Shown here: positions 46,409 to 54,559 of the stretch, in pieces
Position numbering within the stretch: position 1 is the stretch's first letter
How the letters are laid out: each line of letters begins with the position of its first letter
Source: an uncultured Thermoplasmatales archaeon
GTDB taxonomy: Archaea > Thermoplasmatota > E2 > UBA202 > DSCA01
Direction of reading: 5' to 3'
DNA: 64,000 bases
Assembly: GCA_964514975.1 (NCBI GenBank)
Contig: CAZESS010000003.1
Location: 1 to 64,000, forward strand
Notes under the pieces: generated by a model
Seen by the model: only the letters and a program-made list of their open reading frames with translations
What the model was told of the DNA's origin: nothing
Database searches by the model: none
Made by a program: the position numbers and the translations under genes

Positions 46409-46800
46409 AGGTCAGGCGCGGAGCAAAGGAGCGCGCCTTCATAGACAAGGTGGAGGAGCTCTCCGAGCAGTCGGTCAACGCCTGCATCAGGTGCGGCACC
46501 TGCTCGGCCGGCTGCCCCTTCGTGCAGGACATGGACGAGCTGCCCGAGCGGATTTTCAAACGCATCATCCTCGGCGACACGGAGGGCATCCTCAAGCAGA
46601 ACACGATGTGGATATGTGCCGCCTGCTACACCTGCAGCGTGCGCTGCCCCCGGGACATCGACATCGCCAAGATTATGGAGGCCGTCCGGCAGACCGTGCT
46701 CAGGGAAAATGTCGACATGGTGGACGTGGAACACGTCGAACATATCAAGGACCTGCCACAGCTGGCCGTGGTGGGCTGCTTCAGGAAGGAGACGGGATAA
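46405..46800 (+). CDS. hdrC: Heterodisulfide reductase subunit C-like 2x[4Fe-4S] protein
   Basis: CIRCGTCSAGCP and WICAACYTCSVRCP motifs. Confidence 0.9.
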   Translation: MKVRRGAKERAFIDKVEELSEQSVNACIRCGTCSAGCPFVQDMDELPERIFKRIILGDTEGILKQNTMWICAACYTCSVRCPRDIDIAKIMEAVRQTVLRENVDMVDVEHVEHIKDLPQLAVVGCFRKETG

Positions 46801-46801
46801 C

Positions 46802-47653
46802 ATGGACGGCTACCTCTACTACCCGGGCTGCACCCTGAAGACCAAGGCGTCCGACTACGAGGAGAGCGCCATGGCAGTCATGGAGGCGCTCGACACGCCG
46901 TTGATGGAGATGGACGACTGGTACTGCTGCGGCGCCGTCCAAAGCCTGACGGCGGACGACATCATGCACCAGATTGCGCCCATCCGGACGCTCATCTGCG
47001 CGCAGGAACAAAACGAGCGGCAAGTGGTAACGCTCTGCGACATGTGCTACAACGTGCTGAAGCGTGCCAACCTGTGGATGCGGGAGCATCCCGATGACCT
47101 GGAGACGATGAACGAGTTCCTCGACGAGGACCCCGACTACGAGGGGAACGTCGAGGTCTACCACCTGTTCGAGATTCTGCGGGAGCGAAAGGATGACGTC
47201 AAAAAGCGGGTGAAACACAAGCTGGATGGCCTGACCGTCGCTCCCTATTACGGCTGCATGCTGCTCCGCCCGAGCGAGGTCGCCATCGACGACACCGAGA
47301 ACCCCAGCATTATGGAAGGATTGCTGGAAAACATCGGCGCCGACGTGCTCGACAACCCCAAGCGGACCGAGTGCTGTGGCTCCTACCACGTCGTCAACCG
47401 ACCGGACATCGTGGAGCGGCGCATTGAAGAGCTGGTGTCGCGCATGGGCGAGATGGGCGCCGACGTCATCGCGCTGTCCTGCCCGCTCTGCCAGTACAAT
47501 CTTGATTCCTATCAGCGCTCGACGGGATACGACATCCCCGTGTTGTATCTCACCGAGCTCATCGCGCTGGCCTTCGGACTGGAGGCCGGCCTGCACAAGC
47601 ATCGGGTTGACCCCGGCATTATGTTAAAAGAACGAGGTGTTTTGGAGAGATAA
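46802..47653 (+). CDS. hdrB: Heterodisulfide reductase subunit B-like (two CCG domains)
   Basis: YYPGC..CCG..CDMC and YYGC..CCG..CPLC motifs. Confidence 0.92.
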   Translation: MDGYLYYPGCTLKTKASDYEESAMAVMEALDTPLMEMDDWYCCGAVQSLTADDIMHQIAPIRTLICAQEQNERQVVTLCDMCYNVLKRANLWMREHPDDLETMNEFLDEDPDYEGNVEVYHLFEILRERKDDVKKRVKHKLDGLTVAPYYGCMLLRPSEVAIDDTENPSIMEGLLENIGADVLDNPKRTECCGSYHVVNRPDIVERRIEELVSRMGEMGADVIALSCPLCQYNLDSYQRSTGYDIPVLYLTELIALAFGLEAGLHKHRVDPGIMLKERGVLER

Positions 47654-47654
47654 T

Positions 47655-48353
47655 ATGGGAGAAAAAGAAGAGCAGGAGATGATCGAGATATACGTGATGG
47701 GCAAAAAATACGAGGTGCCCAAGGGCCTCACCATCATGACCGCGCTGGAATATGCGGGCTACAAGTTCACCCGTGGCTGCGGCTGCCGCGGCGGGTTCTG
47801 CGGCGCCTGTCCAACGGTGTACCGGAAAAAGGATGACTACAAGCTCCGGATGGACCTGGCCTGCCAGACCGCGGTGGAGGACGGCATGTACCTGGTGCAG
47901 CTGCCCTTTGTGCCCGCGGTGCGCGAGGAATACGACCTGGAGGAGATGGACCCGGCAGACAATGACAACATCCTGCTGGAATACTATCCCGCCATCGCCC
48001 GGTGCGTGTCCTGTAACACGTGCACCAAGTCGTGTCCGCAGGAGCTCGAGGTCATGGATTTCGTGCAGGCCGCCCTGCGCGGCGACGTGCAGCGCTGCGC
48101 CGAGCTGTCGTTCGACTGCATCCAGTGCGGATTGTGCAGCATGCGCTGCCCCGCCGACATCAAGCACTATCATCTGGCACAGCTGGCCCGGCGCATCTAC
48201 GGCCGCTATCAGCAGGACAAGAGCGACACGCTCACGAAGCGTGTTGAGGAGGTCGAAAAGGGCGCGTATGACGAGGAGCTGCAAAAGCTGGTCGAGATGG
48301 ACGAGGAATCACTGAAAGAGCGCTATGAGAAGCGCGACATCACGGAGGGATAA
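47655..48353 (+). CDS. Fumarate reductase Fe-S subunit (FrdB/TfrB-like, no CCG domains)
   Basis: [2Fe-2S] motif GCRGGFCGAC...LACQ plus two CxxCxxCxxxCP motifs. Confidence 0.8.
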   Translation: MGEKEEQEMIEIYVMGKKYEVPKGLTIMTALEYAGYKFTRGCGCRGGFCGACPTVYRKKDDYKLRMDLACQTAVEDGMYLVQLPFVPAVREEYDLEEMDPADNDNILLEYYPAIARCVSCNTCTKSCPQELEVMDFVQAALRGDVQRCAELSFDCIQCGLCSMRCPADIKHYHLAQLARRIYGRYQQDKSDTLTKRVEEVEKGAYDEELQKLVEMDEESLKERYEKRDITEG

Positions 48354-48356
48354 ATC

Positions 48357-50009
48357 ATGAGCGAAGGCTACCCCGAGTATATGAAAAAATCTATCGAAAA
48401 GGTCGAGGCGACCCGCGCGCAGCGCGTCGAGGAGACCTATGAGCGGATGAACCTGGATGAGGCGGACGAGGTGCTCAACAACTATCATCCCGACTATCGC
48501 CCCGAGGGCAAGCGGGAGATACCCGTGGGCCCGAGCAAGGGCGAAAAAGCGCCGATGGAGTTCGTGGAGCAGCTCCTGGCCCGGGGGCTCGTCTCGCCGG
48601 AGGACATCGACCTCGGCACCATCGACTACGACGTCGATATCCTGATTATCGGCGGCGGCGGGGCCGGCACCGTCGCAGCATTATGGGCCGTCCGTGAGGG
48701 CATCACGCCCGAAAATATTCTCATTTCGACGAAGCTCCGCCATGGCGATGCGAACAGCATGATGGCGCAGGGCGGCATCCAGGCCGCCGACAAGGAGGAC
48801 GACTCGCCCGTCAAGCATTATCTCGACGCCATCGGCGGTGGGCATTTCACCAACAAACCGGAGCTCGTCAAAGCGCTGACCATGGACGCCCCCGAAATCA
48901 TCCGGTGGCACGAGAAGCTCGGCGTCATGTACGACCGGGAAAAAGACGGCGACTTCGTCGAGCTGCCCGGCGGCGGCACCTCCCGCTTCCGGCTGCATGC
49001 GGCCGGCGACTACACCGGTATGGAGCTGATGCGGGTCATCCGTGACGAAGCACGCAACATGGACATCCCGGTGCTCGAGTTCACGCCGGCGATCGAGCTG
49101 CTGAAGGACGACAACGGCAACGTGGCCGGGGCGCTGCTCATGAACCTGGAAACCAATGAATACTACGTGGTCCGGGCAAAGTCGACCATCATGGCGACCG
49201 GCGGCTTCGGACGATTGCACATCCAGTCGTATCCGACGACCAATCATTACGGGGCGACGGCGGACGGCCTCATCATGGGCTACCGCGCCGGCGTACCCCT
49301 GCGGGACATGGACTCGGTGCAGTATCATCCCACCGGCGCCGCATACCCGGAGCAAATCGTCGGGCTGCTGGTGACCGAAAAGGTCAGGAGTCTGGGAGCC
49401 CAGCCGGTGAACCGCGATGGGGAGCTCTTCGTCAATCCGCTGGAGCCCCGCGACGTCGAAGCCGCCTCGATCATCCGGGAATGCTACGGCCGGGACAACG
49501 GCGTGGAGACGCTGACCGGCATGAAGGGCGTCTGGCTGGACTCGCCGCTCATCGAGGAGAAAAAAGGCGAGGGTACAATCGAAAAACGGCTGCCCGCCAT
49601 GGTCAGGCAGTACCAGCGGTTCGGCATCGACATCACCGAGCAGCCCATCCTCGTGTTTCCGACGCTGCACTACCAGAACGGCGGGCTGGTCATCAATCCC
49701 GATGGCTCGACGCCCGTCAAAGGCCTCTACGCCGGCGGCGAGGTCAGCGGCGGCGTCCACGGCAAAAACCGGCTGATGGGTAACTCGTTGCTCGACTACA
49801 ACGTCTTCGGCAGGCGGGCGGGTGTCGCCGCGGCGCGGCATGCCAAAAAAGCGTCCGTCGGCACGCTCACGCTTGACCACATCACCACATATGAAAAACA
49901 GCTTCGCGAGGCGGGTGTCGACATCGAGCGGAGGGCGCCGCTGCTGCTGCCCGAATACCGCGGCAAAAAAGTGCTGGAGCGGCACCTCGACGTCGAGGTC
50001 ACGCTGTAG
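48357..50009 (+). CDS. Soluble fumarate reductase flavoprotein (TfrA/FrdA-like)
   Basis: GGGGAG, NSMMAQGG, QYHPT, TEKVR, PRD, HYQNGG and HGKNRLMGNSL catalytic set. Confidence 0.82.
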   Translation: MSEGYPEYMKKSIEKVEATRAQRVEETYERMNLDEADEVLNNYHPDYRPEGKREIPVGPSKGEKAPMEFVEQLLARGLVSPEDIDLGTIDYDVDILIIGGGGAGTVAALWAVREGITPENILISTKLRHGDANSMMAQGGIQAADKEDDSPVKHYLDAIGGGHFTNKPELVKALTMDAPEIIRWHEKLGVMYDREKDGDFVELPGGGTSRFRLHAAGDYTGMELMRVIRDEARNMDIPVLEFTPAIELLKDDNGNVAGALLMNLETNEYYVVRAKSTIMATGGFGRLHIQSYPTTNHYGATADGLIMGYRAGVPLRDMDSVQYHPTGAAYPEQIVGLLVTEKVRSLGAQPVNRDGELFVNPLEPRDVEAASIIRECYGRDNGVETLTGMKGVWLDSPLIEEKKGEGTIEKRLPAMVRQYQRFGIDITEQPILVFPTLHYQNGGLVINPDGSTPVKGLYAGGEVSGGVHGKNRLMGNSLLDYNVFGRRAGVAAARHAKKASVGTLTLDHITTYEKQLREAGVDIERRAPLLLPEYRGKKVLERHLDVEVTL

Positions 50010-50020
50010 GGTGGACCAGG

Positions 50021-50236
50021 ATGATAGAAGTAAACGAGACATACTGCAAGGGCTGCAACCTCTGCATCGAGTTCTGCCCCAGAGATGCGCTGGAGCCAGC
50101 CGAGGAAATCAACGAAAAAGGCGTGCATCCACCCGTCGAGGTGGAGGGCAGATGCAACAACTGCCGGCTCTGCGAGCAGATATGCCCCGACTTCGCCATC
50201 GTCATCATAGAGGACGAGGAGGAAAACGATGAATGA
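50021..50236 (+). CDS. korD: 2-oxoacid:ferredoxin oxidoreductase delta (ferredoxin) subunit
   Basis: CKGCNLCIEFCP and CNNCRLCEQICPDFAI motifs. Confidence 0.88.
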   Translation: MIEVNETYCKGCNLCIEFCPRDALEPAEEINEKGVHPPVEVEGRCNNCRLCEQICPDFAIVIIEDEEENDE

Positions 50237-51383
50237 AGATTTCAAGCGAGCGAAAAAGGTCATCGGGTCATCCAAGCAGTTCATACATGGCGACACGGCC
50301 GTGTCATACGGCGCGTTGCTGGCCGGCTGCCGGTTTTTCGGCGGCTACCCCATCACACCTGCGTCGGAAATCGCGGAGCAGATGTCACGGCTGCTGCCCA
50401 GGGTGGGAGGCACCTACATCCAGATGGAGGACGAGCTGGCGAGCATCGCCGCCGTCATCGGCTCATCATGGACAGGCGCCAAAGCCATGACCGCCACCTC
50501 GGGCCCCGGCTTCTCGCTGATGCAGGAAAACCTGGGCTTCGCGGCCATGTCAGAGACACCATTGGTGCTGGCCAACGTGCAGCGCTCCGGCCCCTCGACG
50601 GGGCAGCCGACGCTGGGTGCGCAGGGAGACATGATGCAGGCCCGGTACGGCAGCCACGGCGACTACCATCCCATCGTGCTGTCCCCGAACACCATTCAAG
50701 AAACATTGGAGCTGACCATCCGGTCGTTCAACCTGGCGGAGGAATACCGCTGTCCCGTCTTCCTGATGATATGCGCCGACCTCGGCCACATGCGGGAGAT
50801 GGTCGAGATACCGCAGCAGGTCGACCTCTTCGAGCGCAAAAAGCCGAAGGTACCGCGCGATGAATACGTGCCCTTCGGCGAAGGCACCTATGGCAAAAAA
50901 AAGGTGCCCGAGATGGCGACCTTCGGCACCGGCTACCATACCTATGTAACGGGGCTAACCCACGACGAGATGGGCTTCCCGGCCACCGACGACCAGGAGG
51001 ACCACGATCGGTTGATACGGCGGCAGATAGAAAAAATCACCGACGACAGGGAAGCACTGACAGACATCGAGATGCGGAACATCGACGACGCCGACGTCGC
51101 CATCGTATCATACGGCATCGCCAGCCGGAGCGCGCTGGAGGCGATGCGGAAGGCCCGCGAGCAGGGCAAAAAGGTCGGCTATTTCAGGCTCAGGACCATC
51201 TGGCCGTTTCCCAGCCACGCCATCGAGAAGCTGTCCGGGCAGGTTGACCGGATCGTGGTCGCGGAGATGAACCTCGGCCAGCTGTACCACAAGGTAAACG
51301 AGTATGCCAGCTGCCCGGTAACGCTGGCCAGCAAAATCGGCGGGGAGATCCATACCCCGAACGAAATCCTCGCGGAGGTATAA
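50229..51383 (+). CDS. korA: 2-oxoglutarate:ferredoxin oxidoreductase alpha subunit
   Basis: YPITPASE, QMEDE, TSGPG.SLMQE and QRSGPSTG.PT motifs. Confidence 0.88.
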   Translation: MNEDFKRAKKVIGSSKQFIHGDTAVSYGALLAGCRFFGGYPITPASEIAEQMSRLLPRVGGTYIQMEDELASIAAVIGSSWTGAKAMTATSGPGFSLMQENLGFAAMSETPLVLANVQRSGPSTGQPTLGAQGDMMQARYGSHGDYHPIVLSPNTIQETLELTIRSFNLAEEYRCPVFLMICADLGHMREMVEIPQQVDLFERKKPKVPRDEYVPFGEGTYGKKKVPEMATFGTGYHTYVTGLTHDEMGFPATDDQEDHDRLIRRQIEKITDDREALTDIEMRNIDDADVAIVSYGIASRSALEAMRKAREQGKKVGYFRLRTIWPFPSHAIEKLSGQVDRIVVAEMNLGQLYHKVNEYASCPVTLASKIGGEIHTPNEILAEV

Positions 51384-51385
51384 CA

Positions 51386-52252
51386 ATGGAACAGGATAGC
51401 GTGGACGTGATAGACGGCAAAAAAATACAGGAAAAATATCTGCGCGAAGAGATGATGCCCACCATCTTCTGCGACGGCTGCGGCATCGGCAATGTGCTGG
51501 ACTACACCCTGTGGGCGCTCGAGCGGGAAAACATCGACATGGACAACACCGTGTTCCTGTCCGGTATCGGCTGCTCATCCCGGCTGCCCGGCTACGTCGA
51601 CGTCGACGCACTGCACACCACGCACGGCCGGGCGCTGGCCTTCGCCACCGGGGTCAAGCTGACCAACCCCGACCTGCACGTGGTGGTGTTCACCGGTGAC
51701 GGCGACGGCATCGGCATCGGCGGCAACCATTTCATCCACGCCTGCCGGCGCAACCTTGATGTTACCGTGGTCTGCGTCAACAACTTCATCTACGGTATGA
51801 CCGGCGGGCAGGTGGCCCCGACGACGCCCGAGTCCAGGAAGGCGACGACGGCGCCCTATGGCAACATCGAGCCGCCGTTCGACATGAGCAAGATGGCGAT
51901 AGCGTCGGGCGCATCCTATGTCGCCCGGTGGCCGATAAACAAGCCCTCGATGCCCATCAACTCCATCCGTGAGGGGCTCAGGAATCAAGGCTTCAGCTTC
52001 ATAGAGATGCTGTCGCCCTGCCCGACCGCCTTCGGACGGCGGAACAAGTTCCGGAAGATAGAAGAGATGTGGGGATGGTACGCCGAGCACACCATGCTCA
52101 TCGAGGACTACGAAATGATACAGAAATACGGCAGCGAGGAGGAAAAAGCCCGGCTGCGGGACATCATCACCATGGGCGTCCTCCACCGGGAGGACAAGCT
52201 CCCGTTGAACCAGCGCATCAAGCGGCTCATCGCGGAGGTGATGGAAAAATGA
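51386..52252 (+). CDS. korB: 2-oxoglutarate:ferredoxin oxidoreductase beta (TPP) subunit
   Basis: CDGCG, GIGCS, HTTHGRA and GDGD...NN.IYGMTGGQ motifs. Confidence 0.88.
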   Translation: MEQDSVDVIDGKKIQEKYLREEMMPTIFCDGCGIGNVLDYTLWALERENIDMDNTVFLSGIGCSSRLPGYVDVDALHTTHGRALAFATGVKLTNPDLHVVVFTGDGDGIGIGGNHFIHACRRNLDVTVVCVNNFIYGMTGGQVAPTTPESRKATTAPYGNIEPPFDMSKMAIASGASYVARWPINKPSMPINSIREGLRNQGFSFIEMLSPCPTAFGRRNKFRKIEEMWGWYAEHTMLIEDYEMIQKYGSEEEKARLRDIITMGVLHREDKLPLNQRIKRLIAEVMEK

Positions 52253-52779
52253 GAATCAACCTTCGACTGTGCGGCAAGGGCGGCCAGGGCATCATGCTCT
52301 CCGGCTACATCCTGGGCAAGGCCGCCAGCGTGTTCCACGACTACAACGCGGTGCAGACCCAGAGCTACGGCCCCGAGGCGAGGGGCGGCGCCGCACGCTC
52401 CGAGGTCATCATCGCCGACGAGGAAATCGGGTACTGCGGCATCGAAGCCGCGGATGGCATGATGGTGCTGTCGCAGGAGGCGTACACCAAGTACAGCGAC
52501 GACCTCAAGGAGGACTGCATCGTGGTCGCCGATCCCGACCTGGTGAAAAGCATCGAGCACGGCAACGTCGTCCCCGTGCCGGGCACCCGCATCGCCGAGG
52601 ATCTCGGCAACAAGATCGTGGCGAACATCGTCATGCTCGGCGCGTTCAACCAGGCCGGCGCGTTCGTGCCCCAGAAGGCGCTGGAGCAGGCGGTGGAGGA
52701 CAGCGTGCCATCGCGCTTCACCGAGCTCAACCTCAAGGCGTTGAACGAAGGCATCCGGCGGGCGAAGGAACAGGAATAG
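52249..52779 (+). CDS. korC: 2-oxoacid:ferredoxin oxidoreductase gamma subunit
   Basis: G.GGQG, QSYGPEARGG and NIVMLGA motifs. Confidence 0.88.
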   Translation: MRINLRLCGKGGQGIMLSGYILGKAASVFHDYNAVQTQSYGPEARGGAARSEVIIADEEIGYCGIEAADGMMVLSQEAYTKYSDDLKEDCIVVADPDLVKSIEHGNVVPVPGTRIAEDLGNKIVANIVMLGAFNQAGAFVPQKALEQAVEDSVPSRFTELNLKALNEGIRRAKEQE

Positions 52780-52780
52780 C

Positions 52781-52794
52781 TTTTCCTCTTTTTT
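52781..52794 (+). terminator. Oligo-T terminator ending the hdrA-kor operon
   Basis: TTTTCCTCTTTTTT right after the stop. Confidence 0.6.
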
Positions 52795-52889
52795 GGTTAT
52801 CCGGCCGGACATGTGGTTATCCCACGGTTTCGTCTATCTTCCGGAGATGTTTCGTCCGTGTTATAACGAAAAGAAGAAGGGGAAGAGAG

Positions 52890-53093
52890 CTACCATTCCT
52901 GGCCGCTTCGCTGCCGCATGTCTTCGCCGGGAGCGTCATCGTCGTCGTAGGGATTGTTGTTGTTTTCCTCATAGTGGTCGTCTTCGCCGTTGGTGTTGTG
53001 GTTGTGGTCCTGGGAGTTCGCCACCACCGGGGCAACGATTGCCGCAGCGAGGATAACGCAGGCCACCGCTGCCACCAAAATGCGGGTTTTCAT
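52890..53093 (-). CDS. Small secreted Asn/Asp/His-rich peptide
   Basis: Signal peptide (MKTR + hydrophobic helix) followed by NSQDHNHNTNGEDDHYEENNNNPYDDDD; pyrimidine terminator at 52868-52889. Confidence 0.6.
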   Translation of the reverse strand: MKTRILVAAVACVILAAAIVAPVVANSQDHNHNTNGEDDHYEENNNNPYDDDDAPGEDMRQRSGQEW

Positions 53094-53199
53094 GCCATGC
53101 TATCCCGGGGAATGTATCAAGCCCTTGCCGCCCTTACAGCACACCCCTGCCAGTGCCATATCTATTTATACAGTTGTTTCATCCAGATGTGAGGATATC

Positions 53200-54552
53200 A
53201 TGTCCGAGAAAAAGGTCACCAAGGAGGAATTGTTGGAGAAAGCGAAGGAGCCCGCCAAGAAAGCCATGAAATGGCATCCATTCTATCGGGGAAAAATCGA
53301 GGTGGCTCCCAAGGTGCAGGTGAAAAGCTTCGACGACTTCGGCGTCTGGTACACGCCCGGAGTCGCGGAGCCATGCCGGGACATCCACCAGAATCCGGAC
53401 AAGGTCTACGAGCATACCAACAAGTGGAACAACGTGGCGGTGGTCAGCGACGGCAGCAGGGTGCTCGGCCTGGGCGACATCGGCCCCATGGCGGGCATGC
53501 CCGTCATGGAGGGCAAGGGCCTGCTGTTCAAGTATCTGGGCGGCGTCGACGCGTTCCCCATCTGCCTGGATGCGCATGACCCGGAGGACATCGTGCAGGC
53601 GACCAAGTGGATAGCGCCGTCGTTCGGCGGCATCAACCTGGAGGACATCTCGAAGCCCAAGTGCTTTTACGTGCTGGAGCGGCTGCGGGAGGAGCTCGAC
53701 ATCCCGGTATGGCATGACGACCAGCAGGGCACCGCCGCTATCACGCTGGCCGGCATCATCAACGGGCTCAAGGTCGTCGGCAAAAAGCTCGAGGATGTGG
53801 ACATCGGCCTGGTGGGCAGCGGCGCCGCCAACCTGTGCCTCGCCCGCACATTGCTCAAAGCCGGCGTGCCCGCCAAACATCTCTGGCTGGCCGACTCGAC
53901 CGGTCTGCTCCACCCGGGGCGGGATGACCTCAGCCCGGAAAAAGACCCGGAGAAATACAAGTTCGCCCAGAAAACCAACCTCGAGCAAAAGGAGGGTGGA
54001 CTCCCCGAGCTCATCGCCGGCAAGGACGTCGTCGTCGCCGCGTCGAAACCAGGCCCGGACACCATCAAAAAGGAATGGCTTCGGCGCATGAACGACGACG
54101 CCATTTTGTTCGCCGAGGCCAACCCCATCCCCGAGATATGGCCCTGGGAAGCGAAAGAGGCAGGCGTCCGCATCGTGGGCACCGGCCGCTCGGATTTCCC
54201 CAACCAGGTCAACAACTCCATCGGCTTTCCCGGTATCTTCCGCGGCGCCCTCGACGTCCGCGCCAAAACCATATCCGACGAGATGCACATCGAGGCAGCC
54301 TATGCAATCGCCGAGGTCGCCGAGGAGGCAGGGCTCGACGAGGAACATCTCGTGCCGACGATGGAGAACACCGAGGTCTACATCCGGCAGGCCGTCCGCG
54401 TCGCCCTCAAGGCCATCGAGCAGGGCCTCGCCCGGGTCAAGCTCAGCGAGCAGGAGCTCCGAGAAAAAGCCGAAGCGATCATCATGTCAAGCCGCAAGAA
54501 AACGCAGCACATGATGGAGGCTGGCTACATCGAGGACGCCCCGCCGCTGTGA
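53200..54552 (+). CDS. Malic enzyme (NAD(P)-dependent, decarboxylating)
   Basis: YTPGVA, VLGLGDIG, MEGK, INLEDI, HDDQQGTA and TGRSDFPNQVNN motifs. Confidence 0.93.
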   Translation: MSEKKVTKEELLEKAKEPAKKAMKWHPFYRGKIEVAPKVQVKSFDDFGVWYTPGVAEPCRDIHQNPDKVYEHTNKWNNVAVVSDGSRVLGLGDIGPMAGMPVMEGKGLLFKYLGGVDAFPICLDAHDPEDIVQATKWIAPSFGGINLEDISKPKCFYVLERLREELDIPVWHDDQQGTAAITLAGIINGLKVVGKKLEDVDIGLVGSGAANLCLARTLLKAGVPAKHLWLADSTGLLHPGRDDLSPEKDPEKYKFAQKTNLEQKEGGLPELIAGKDVVVAASKPGPDTIKKEWLRRMNDDAILFAEANPIPEIWPWEAKEAGVRIVGTGRSDFPNQVNNSIGFPGIFRGALDVRAKTISDEMHIEAAYAIAEVAEEAGLDEEHLVPTMENTEVYIRQAVRVALKAIEQGLARVKLSEQELREKAEAIIMSSRKKTQHMMEAGYIEDAPPL

Positions 54553-54559
54553 GGCAACG

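Noticed and set aside
40575-47653. Methanogenesis inferred from mvh/hdr genes
   Set aside because: No mcr, mtr or methyltransferase modules are in the window. Hdr-Mvh occurs widely in non-methanogens and the context here is fumarate/KOR.
48357-50009. L-aspartate oxidase (nadB)
   Set aside because: It shares the non-covalent FAD motif, but it is paired with an FrdB-like Fe-S subunit among TCA genes and no nadA/nadC is nearby. Disfavoured, not excluded.
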